Source of the DNA: a virus
Lineage: Duplodnaviria; Heunggongvirae; Uroviricota; Caudoviricetes
IMG/VR virus record: IMGVR_UViG_2671180643_000012
Direction: 5' to 3' (one strand)
DNA: 32,782 nt
Of the stretch, positions 26,354-32,782 are shown in pieces (position 1 is the first letter of the stretch; each line of letters begins with the position of its first letter). Both the position numbers and the translations under genes were made by a program. The notes beneath the pieces were generated by a model. That model searched no databases. It saw nothing but the letters and a program-made list of their open reading frames with translations, and was not told the DNA's origin.

Positions 26354-28621
26354 TTAATTAAATCCCGGCCACTCATCATTTACCGGATACCTGAAGTTTA
26401 CCCCCTCATAATTTACGGTTGCCCCACGCGCCAGCGCCTCAAGCTCCCATCGCTGAGGCCTGATACCGTTCTGACCAAGGTCAACGCGGATACGGGGGAT
26501 TTGCATTCGTTCCGACCGGGTCAGTCTGGCCGAAGGCGCAATTTCATGCGGTTTTAACGGGCTTCCGTTTCTTTGCTGACGATTTGGTGTTCTCAGTTCG
26601 TGTTTTAATGCCCCCCTGAGCGCCCTCACGACATCCGGGTCATTCCATTCGATAACACCGTCATCGACCAGATTAAGCACGGCTGCGGCATGTTCAGAAG
26701 GTGTGGGAGCCGTTAACGAAGTATCACTGCCGGTGAACTTTCCACAGTTATTGACAGGACTCCGAGGCGCGGCGATGCCGCTTTTTAAAGTCAAAGGCTC
26801 AACGACCGGAACTTTCGGCACAATGCGCCAGTCCGTCGTTCTGGTGATATGAATATGACGCGCGCCGAGATGCGGCGCGTAAATGCCGACCACTCTCTCG
26901 ACTTCTTCCTCGTACTCGTTAACGTCATCCGACGGGCTACGGGCAACCCTGACAGTCTGACAATCGCGCGGGACATTTGCCCCACCCTGCGCGCTGATAT
27001 ACAACGCAAAATCACCACTGTCTGCGGCAGCGCGAGCAGCCTCGACGCGTTCGTCAAACTCATCAGCAATACTGACGCCGCGAGGCAATTTGCGTAGTTC
27101 ACGGTAAGCCCCCATTGTCGGCAGTCCAACCGTTTTAAATTGCGGGATGCGCCACGTTGACGCCCATGCGGTAACAGCCGCGGCAGTATCTTTAAGCGGC
27201 TTACCGGTATCGTTATCGAGCTGACCATCCAGTGCATAGCCGTCGATGTTTTTTGAAATGTATTTCGCGATATATCCCGCAGCACCGCCCCGGTTAAGGT
27301 GCTTTGCCTGAAAACGGTTTCGCGCTGCTCCTCTTTCGTCGCCATCCTCTTTGAGCGCATAGCGACGCATGATTTCGATAATCTGGTTACGCTGGCGCGA
27401 ATTACAAAAAAGCATCATATGCCAGTGCGGCGTTCCGTCGTGGTGTGGCTCGACGACACGCAAACCGTAGACCTGTAAATCATTATCCTTGAATGCCGTG
27501 CGCATCAGGCTCCAGATGCGGCAGAGATAACGCTGCGCATCCTTTGGATTAAATGCCTCATCGTTCCAGCCGTGATTAAGCTGAACGGTTTTACTTTCGC
27601 CTTTTCTGACCTGACGAGTCGGGTGATACTTTGACGGCGCAGTCAGCGTGATAAACATCCCCACATCACCCTCTGCGGCGGCGTAACGCTCAATACCGGC
27701 AATGGTGTTCATCAGCTCCATCCGGCGAATTTCAGGATTAGAAATACTGCCCATCACCTTACTGATAAGGTCGATGCGCTCGCCGGTTTCCCTGTTTTCA
27801 AGGTCACACGATTTAAGAAATTCCAGATTTGCCTGGCGGCGCGCACGCACATCACGAATGGCGTGTTTACTGGCATAAGGAGAACGGTCTTTATTGACCT
27901 CCCCGACAGCTATCAGTAACGCTTCATGCCAGCGCATACGCTGGCCTTTAAGCTGATGAGTCCACCACTCATCGTTAAACAGACGGGCAATGGCAGAATA
28001 TGCCTGCCTCGTGGTCATCTGCCCTTTACGGTATTTTTTCCAGTAGAGAGGGGAAATATTGAAAGCACGTGCAGCGCCAGCAACATGACCATAGAGGTGA
28101 GCCTGCGCCTCATCCGTAAACAGCGATTCTTTTTCGCCATGCGCATCCACCCAGGCATCACTGAGTTCCTCATACATCATGAAAAGCTGCGATGAGATAC
28201 GGGCAGCAAACTTTTTCAGCTCCTTGTCATTCATTCCCGGCAGGCGCGCATAGTGGTCACGCTCTGCCAGAAACAGCAACGACGCGTCGGTGTTCATTTC
28301 ATGGCGCTGATTCACACGCTCAATGCGCGGCCATAAACGACGCTGAAAAGTGGATGTGAGGAAATAAAACCCGTGTACCGGGCTTTTATTGCGCCGGATG
28401 TAGTCATAGCGTGAAGTAAACAGCGAGCGCAAAAAGTAAGGCAGGCGGTTAATCGTGGATAAAACACCTTGCACCTGACGCATCTCGTCACGTGTAAGGG
28501 GTCTTTCGCGCCCGACGGCCTCGCGTGGCGCGTTCCATGCATAAGCACCGGTAAACGCCTTACCGGTGCCTGCAGCAAATGCTGAAGGAGGGACAAAACG
28601 CCCGGAGGCTTTAACGGCCAT
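26354..28621 (-). CDS. A: Replication initiation protein A (rolling-circle nickase)
   Basis: Long ORF with the tyrosine active-site region (GYIAKYISKNIDGYAL) and a P2 gpA-like N-terminus MAVKASGRFVPPSAF; I chose the ATG at 28621. The track ORF starts 14 codons upstream at a TTG (28663). Confidence 0.85.
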   Translation of the reverse strand: MAVKASGRFVPPSAFAAGTGKAFTGAYAWNAPREAVGRERPLTRDEMRQVQGVLSTINRLPYFLRSLFTSRYDYIRRNKSPVHGFYFLTSTFQRRLWPRIERVNQRHEMNTDASLLFLAERDHYARLPGMNDKELKKFAARISSQLFMMYEELSDAWVDAHGEKESLFTDEAQAHLYGHVAGAARAFNISPLYWKKYRKGQMTTRQAYSAIARLFNDEWWTHQLKGQRMRWHEALLIAVGEVNKDRSPYASKHAIRDVRARRQANLEFLKSCDLENRETGERIDLISKVMGSISNPEIRRMELMNTIAGIERYAAAEGDVGMFITLTAPSKYHPTRQVRKGESKTVQLNHGWNDEAFNPKDAQRYLCRIWSLMRTAFKDNDLQVYGLRVVEPHHDGTPHWHMMLFCNSRQRNQIIEIMRRYALKEDGDERGAARNRFQAKHLNRGGAAGYIAKYISKNIDGYALDGQLDNDTGKPLKDTAAAVTAWASTWRIPQFKTVGLPTMGAYRELRKLPRGVSIADEFDERVEAARAAADSGDFALYISAQGGANVPRDCQTVRVARSPSDDVNEYEEEVERVVGIYAPHLGARHIHITRTTDWRIVPKVPVVEPLTLKSGIAAPRSPVNNCGKFTGSDTSLTAPTPSEHAAAVLNLVDDGVIEWNDPDVVRALRGALKHELRTPNRQQRNGSPLKPHEIAPSARLTRSERMQIPRIRVDLGQNGIRPQRWELEALARGATVNYEGVNFRYPVNDEWPGFN

Positions 28622-28886
28622 ATGAGCCAAAAGCCTCTGAACAACGCCTGCTGAGTTGCTCAACCTGCGCGTTTAAATCAGCAAAAGACGTTGCGCTTCC
28701 GGTCAGAATATCGTGATGCATCAGGCCGGAAACGAGCTGGCTTAATTTCGGATAATAACCAACCACCGCCAGCCATTCCTGACCGGCGTTTTTACCGCTT
28801 TCCGCTCTCTTTTTCTCGTGGAGAATAAACTGAAAGCTGTCACTGGTAACGACATAACGTTCGCCAATTTCAATACGAATACTCAT
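28611..28886 (-). CDS. Small early-operon protein (P2 orf83-like), function unknown
   Basis: 91-aa ORF just upstream of A, overlapping its start. Confidence 0.6.
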   Translation of the reverse strand: MSIRIEIGERYVVTSDSFQFILHEKKRAESGKNAGQEWLAVVGYYPKLSQLVSGLMHHDILTGSATSFADLNAQVEQLSRRCSEAFGSYGR

Positions 28887-29107
28887 GCCGTTCTCCGGTA
28901 ATGTTTGTTTTTTGCTTCAAAGACTGACTGGCAGGAAACACAACGCGTGGCTGACGGATAAGCCGCACGACGGGCAGCAGGTATTGGCGCGTCACACTCT
29001 TCGCAAACCAGCGCAGAAGCACCGCAATGTTTTACCCTTGCCGCGTTAATCTGACGCTCCAGTAATTCAGCCTGTTGTTCCTGAATAAAATCTACGTTGT
29101 CCGGCAT
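28883..29107 (-). CDS. TraR/DksA-family C4 zinc-finger protein (P2 orf82-like)
   Basis: 74 aa with two CxxC pairs (CEECDAPIP...CVSCQ) in the spacing typical of TraR/DksA. Confidence 0.7.
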   Translation of the reverse strand: MPDNVDFIQEQQAELLERQINAARVKHCGASALVCEECDAPIPAARRAAYPSATRCVSCQSVFEAKNKHYRRTA

Positions 29108-29412
29108 TACCAGCTCCTTTTGTCGTTAAGTTTTTTAAATTCATCAGCGCAATAGCTGGCAATTTCTGTCGTTAATTTCGTCAGTTCATCCACGGAGGAG
29201 ATTTGCTTGTGAAATACAGCGCGTTTAACAAGTAAATTGACCACATCAGACAGGAGGTTTAATTCATTCTGATAAATCGCGATAACAGATTCAGTGATGT
29301 CGCGTTTTTCTTTATCAAGACAAAGTTGAATAAGAGACAAATCGCCATTTTTCATAACGGCGATTTTTAAGGCGTTATTCAGTAATACAACTGAATGAGA
29401 ACAGGACATCAA
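29107..29412 (-). CDS. Small early-operon protein (P2 orf81-like), function unknown
   Basis: 101-aa ORF in the early operon; visibly lower GC than its neighbours. Confidence 0.55.
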   Translation of the reverse strand: MMSCSHSVVLLNNALKIAVMKNGDLSLIQLCLDKEKRDITESVIAIYQNELNLLSDVVNLLVKRAVFHKQISSVDELTKLTTEIASYCADEFKKLNDKRSW

Positions 29413-29633
29413 AGCACCTCCCCGCGAGACAATCCGATATTGTGAAATTTTTCCGACTCCTGACTGAGCAGCTCGACTATCTCCACGCGGGATAACTCCG
29501 CCTTTGTGATGTGGCGAATCATGGTGTCAAGATGAGAAGAAAAGCGCGTCGCAGCGTCAGCCTGTGCTTCGGTTCTGGCCTGTTGCAGCAGTAATGCGTA
29601 TTTACCGCACTGATTTTCAGAAACTGTATGCAT
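29409..29633 (-). CDS. Small early-operon protein (P2 orf80-like), function unknown
   Basis: 74-aa ORF directly downstream of B in the early operon. Confidence 0.55.
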   Translation of the reverse strand: MHTVSENQCGKYALLLQQARTEAQADAATRFSSHLDTMIRHITKAELSRVEIVELLSQESEKFHNIGLSRGEVL

Positions 29634-29696
29634 GACTTTCTCCAGGCAAAAAGAAGCCCCGCACGATTAAGTGCGTTAAAAACTCTGGTTAATTAT

Positions 29697-30197
29697 TTAA
29701 TGCAGATATTGCTCTGGTTTTACCGACGTCAGAATTGTCGGTGCATACTCAAACAGGCTGAATAATTCACGTAATGCACGGAATAAAGCATCACGCCAGT
29801 AACATGATTCTTCATTAATTCGCCAGTATGGCTGGTTGAATTCTTTTTCAGTCAATCCGGCATGCATAAATAAAGTACGACGCTGACTGACTGTTAAAAA
29901 ACTAATATATGCATACTCACTTGCGCCAACCTGACGGCGTTTTGAGAATGCCCCACGCAATTCATCAATTGCACAAACCAGCCGTTCACGTTCGACGTCG
30001 TTCATTTCTTCAAAACGCATCGTTGCGTGACGCTGTTTTAACTGCGCATGGAAGCAAACCGTTAACCGTTCGCGCTCCATCATCTGATTATAATAATCAC
30101 ATGTATCCTGCCAGCGAGGAACGGCAAGATGCTTACCAATTATCCGGCGCATAGCTGCTGGCTGTTTTTCAACGAGATTGAGCGTCATCACTGTCAT
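29697..30197 (-). CDS. B: Replication protein B (helicase-loading function)
   Basis: 166 aa, same length and position as P2 gpB. Confidence 0.8.
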   Translation of the reverse strand: MTVMTLNLVEKQPAAMRRIIGKHLAVPRWQDTCDYYNQMMERERLTVCFHAQLKQRHATMRFEEMNDVERERLVCAIDELRGAFSKRRQVGASEYAYISFLTVSQRRTLFMHAGLTEKEFNQPYWRINEESCYWRDALFRALRELFSLFEYAPTILTSVKPEQYLH

Positions 30198-30388
30198 TTC
30201 CAGACCCTCCGGCTTTTCAGAAAGGTCAGAGCCTTTTTTAACGGACTCTGTTTTTTGGTGCGGATAATGATTCCCTTACGCCCCTTACCGTGGGTGATGG
30301 TGAAGTCAATCGCCCTGGGGCTTTCGTTACGCAATAACTGAGCAATACAACGAGGCTCATTCATACGGTTCTCCTTAACGTGGTTCAC
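30194..30388 (-). CDS. Small protein between cox and B (P2 orf78-like)
   Basis: 64-aa ORF starting at GTG (an internal ATG also exists); basic; position matches P2 orf78. Confidence 0.45.
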   Translation of the reverse strand: MNHVKENRMNEPRCIAQLLRNESPRAIDFTITHGKGRKGIIIRTKKQSPLKKALTFLKSRRVWK

Positions 30389-30650
30389 CGAGACCTAACC
30401 ACATCAACCAGCCGTCACGAATCTCTTTAGGACGGCTTTCATAAGCCAGTTTTAGTCCGTTATTCCATGCCGGAAGGTATACCCAATATTCACCAGCACG
30501 CCCCGATACTGACTGAGGGTCAGTAATCTCAATAACTGGTAATTTCCCTTTCTCAATCATGCCCCTTACAGCTCTTGGAGTTTTACCAATGAGTTTTGCA
30601 AACTCCTGATAAGGCACGGCATCAGTCACGCTTACAAGCTGTCTATTCAT
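30375..30650 (-). CDS. cox: Cox: excisionase and repressor of the Pc promoter
   Basis: 91 aa with a C-terminus (GRAGEYWVYLPAWNNGLKLAYESRPKEIRDGWLMWLGLGEPR) that matches P2 Cox as I recall it. Confidence 0.85.
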   Translation of the reverse strand: MNRQLVSVTDAVPYQEFAKLIGKTPRAVRGMIEKGKLPVIEITDPQSVSGRAGEYWVYLPAWNNGLKLAYESRPKEIRDGWLMWLGLGEPR

Positions 30651-30771
30651 CTGCTACGATTCTCCCTTAGTGCTTCTAATGGCTCCTAATGGCTAATTAT
30701 TGCCTAAAAGGATAACTCCAGAAGCACAATATTTCACACTATCAGCAAGAAATTACGCAATCGGAGTAATT
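30651..30771. promoter_or_regulatory. Immunity switch region (divergent Pe/Pc) with tandem direct-repeat operator half-sites
   Basis: Two 9-bp direct repeats ctaatggct with a 10-bp period at about 30676-30684 and 30686-30694, in the intergenic region between divergent cox and C; P2-type C repressors bind direct repeats here. Confidence 0.5.
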
Positions 30772-31071
30772 ATGTCAATAGACGTTTCGGAGAAGTTGAA
30801 GCTAATCCGTGAATCTGAAAGGTTAAACCGTAAAGAATTCAGTGAATTAACTGGTGTAGCCTACAGCTCACTTTCGAGCTATGAGAGCCGGTCAAAAAAC
30901 GCTGGAGTTGAAGCCATAATGAAGGTCTTACAACATCCCAGATTTACTAAATATACTTTGTGGTTCATGACTGATCAGGTAGCTCCAGAAGCCGGGCAAA
31001 TTGCGCCCGCTCTCGCACACTTTGGGCAAAACGAAACAACGTCGCCCCACTCCGGTCAAAAGACTGGTTAA
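30772..31071 (+). CDS. C: Immunity repressor C
   Basis: 99-aa product with a helix-turn-helix N-terminus and a C-terminus (FTKYTLWFMTDQVAPEAGQIAPALAHFGQNETTSPHSGQKTG) like P2 C; GGAG Shine-Dalgarno upstream; track ORF trimmed by 24 codons. Confidence 0.8.
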   Translation: MSIDVSEKLKLIRESERLNRKEFSELTGVAYSSLSSYESRSKNAGVEAIMKVLQHPRFTKYTLWFMTDQVAPEAGQIAPALAHFGQNETTSPHSGQKTG

Positions 31072-31186
31072 CAATTTATCGTGAATATATTCATCACAAG
31101 TGCCTACTATTGGTGGCTAAATTTCAGCCACCACGAAAAAAGCGATTAGTAGTAGCAAAAAAAAGTACCACTCGGAGGGTTTTCTG

Positions 31187-32200
31187 ATGGCAATCAAAAA
31201 ACTCGATGATGGTCGATATGAAGTGGACATCCGCCCTACTGGACGTAACGGAAAACGCATCCGTAGGAAGTTTGATAAGAAAAGCGAAGCTGTCGCTTTC
31301 GAAAAATACACGTTGTACAACCACCACAATAAAGAATGGCTATCAAAACCAACAGACAAACGACGTCTGTCGGAACTGACACAGATCTGGTGGGATTTAA
31401 AGGGTAAACACGAAGAGCATGGGAAATCTAATCTTGGAAAAATTGAAATCTTCACAAAAATAACGAATGACCCATGCGCATTTCAAATCACGAAATCCCT
31501 TATCAGCCAGTACTGCGCCACCCGAAGAAGTCAGGGTATTAAACCTTCGAGTATCAATCGTGATTTAACATGTATTAGCGGCATGTTTACAGCCCTGATT
31601 GAAGCGGAGTTATTCTTTGGTGAGCACCCTATCAGAGGGACAAAGAGGCTTAAGGAGGAAAAACCAGAAACAGGCTATCTCACACAGGAAGAAATTGCCT
31701 TACTGCTTGCAGCACTTGACGGCGACAATAAAAAGATTGCGATTCTTTGCCTGAGTACAGGAGCACGTTGGGGAGAAGCAGCTCGTTTGAAAGCAGAAAA
31801 TATCATCCATAACCGCGTCACGTTTGTTAAAACGAAAACAAACAAACCACGCACCGTCCCGATCTCAGAGGCTGTTGCCAAAATGATCGCGGATAACAAA
31901 CGAGGTTTTTTATTCCCTGATGCTGATTACCCTCGCTTCAGACGAACAATGAAAGCAATAAAACCGGATTTGCCAACGGGGCAAGCCACACATGCACTAA
32001 GGCACAGCTTTGCCACTCATTTCATGATTAATGGAGGAAGTATTATCACACTACAACGGATACTAGGTCACACGCGGATTGAGCAAACTATGGTTTACGC
32101 TCATTTTGCGCCAGAGTACCTTCAGGACGCCATTTCTCTTAATCCGCTAAGAGGTGGTACTGAAGCCGAGAGTGTCCACACAGTGTCCACAGTAGAGTAA
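31187..32200 (+). CDS. int: Tyrosine integrase
   Basis: 337 aa, P2 Int length; C-terminal catalytic motifs (HALRHSFATH ... LGHTRIEQTMVYAHF) with the tyrosine nucleophile; next to the att core. Confidence 0.9.
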   Translation: MAIKKLDDGRYEVDIRPTGRNGKRIRRKFDKKSEAVAFEKYTLYNHHNKEWLSKPTDKRRLSELTQIWWDLKGKHEEHGKSNLGKIEIFTKITNDPCAFQITKSLISQYCATRRSQGIKPSSINRDLTCISGMFTALIEAELFFGEHPIRGTKRLKEEKPETGYLTQEEIALLLAALDGDNKKIAILCLSTGARWGEAARLKAENIIHNRVTFVKTKTNKPRTVPISEAVAKMIADNKRGFLFPDADYPRFRRTMKAIKPDLPTGQATHALRHSFATHFMINGGSIITLQRILGHTRIEQTMVYAHFAPEYLQDAISLNPLRGGTEAESVHTVSTVE

Positions 32201-32279
32201 CGTTTAAGGGCTTTCAGTGGTAATTTATGCCGCTCAAACCCGCATTGTACCGTTGAAAGCCCCTACTGGTGACACCCTA

Positions 32280-32307
32280 AATCTCCCTTACACGGGCTTA
32301 TTTTTTA
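32280..32307. repeat. int-proximal att core (attL): aatctcccttacacgggcttatttttta
   Basis: Exact 28-bp direct repeat of 1507-1534, about 80 bp after the int stop. Confidence 0.85.
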
Positions 32308-32464
32308 TGCATAAGCCCTATCCCTGGTCACCGTCTTCCATTGACCACATCGATAGAATCTCCCTTCATAGCACGATGCCTTTCACGTAACGGCATCGTG
32401 CTCGCACAGGTTCCGGCTAAGCACAACCAGAACGCGCATGTTTGACGCTTACCAAAAAATATTC

Positions 32465-32782
32465 TCACTCTCCACATTTGAATGTCAGACGAGCGACGCC
32501 ATGTAATCCTGCACCTTCTGTCTTCAGGTCAACTATCTGCATTTTTTTGCCCTGAGTAACACAGAAATGGGCTGCATCATTTTTTACTATATTTTCTGCA
32601 CCAGATATTCTGCCCCTGGCTAAAGAAGCTTCGGCTTCGGTGTAGTATTGGTTATCGAGTTTACGCTGAATATTACTTTTATATGCAAGACCAAATTTAC
32701 CGATACTTGTCTCATCATTATGCACAGCACAACCAGACATAATAAAAATACTAATTAATGATATAGCAGCTATCTTTTTCAT
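32465..32782 (-). CDS. yegR: Small lipoprotein, YegR-like (host gene)
   Basis: 105 aa with a signal peptide and lipobox (IFIMSGC); start codon at the last three bases of the window. The gene name is inferred from the size and the yegQ neighbourhood in E. coli K-12. Confidence 0.5.
   Translation of the reverse strand: MKKIAAISLISIFIMSGCAVHNDETSIGKFGLAYKSNIQRKLDNQYYTEAEASLARGRISGAENIVKNDAAHFCVTQGKKMQIVDLKTEGAGLHGVARLTFKCGE

Larger units (their letters stand above)
1507..32307. mobile_element. Intact P2-like (Peduovirus) prophage, about 30.8 kb, bounded by 28-bp att core direct repeats
   Basis: Complete P2 gene order and orientation (ogr ... Q, cos, A ... int) between two identical 28-bp repeats; all essential P2 modules are present as full-length ORFs. 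Confidence 0.9.

Noticed and set aside
1-32782. CRISPR arrays, tRNA/rRNA genes, insertion sequences, retron-like ncRNA
   Set aside because: No regularly spaced direct repeats, no tRNA-like cloverleaf at the att site (P2-type att is not in a tRNA), no transposase ORFs, and no ncRNA-like structured region next to a reverse-transcriptase ORF.

Overview
This window is an Escherichia-type chromosomal locus (yegQ/trhP on the left, a yegR-like lipoprotein gene on the right) carrying an apparently intact P2-like (Peduovirus) prophage of about 30.8 kb, bounded by a 28-bp direct repeat that matches the P2 att core (about 1507-1534 and 32280-32307). Gene order follows P2: ogr-D-U-T-E/E'-FII-FI, then tail fibre and baseplate (H-I-J-W-V), S-R, lysis (lysC/lysB/lysA, K, Y), X-L-M-N-O, divergent P-Q, cos, then A, four small orfs, B, cox, C and int. 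Three regions depart from the P2 backbone. (1) Between cos and gene A, where P2 carries orf91/tin/old, sits a single AT-rich 739-aa gene (23887-26106, +) with an ABC/SMC-type ATPase head, a coiled coil with a CxxC motif and a C-terminal R-x3-E...H region; this is the best candidate for a prophage-encoded anti-phage defence gene (PrrC/RloC-like architecture, function inferred). (2) At the Z/fun position there is a Gin/Hin/Pin/Cin-type serine invertase next to an invertible tail-fibre segment of about 1.85 kb, flanked by inverted gix-like sites, carrying two alternative fibre C-terminal cassettes and two alternative fibre-assembly genes. (3) The host flank beyond the int-proximal att core contains a short copy of the phage ogr-side arm plus a partial second core, suggesting an older P2-like integration. 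All calls rest on reading the sequence and recalled family knowledge; no database search was run. Site coordinates read by hand may be off by 1-2 bp.
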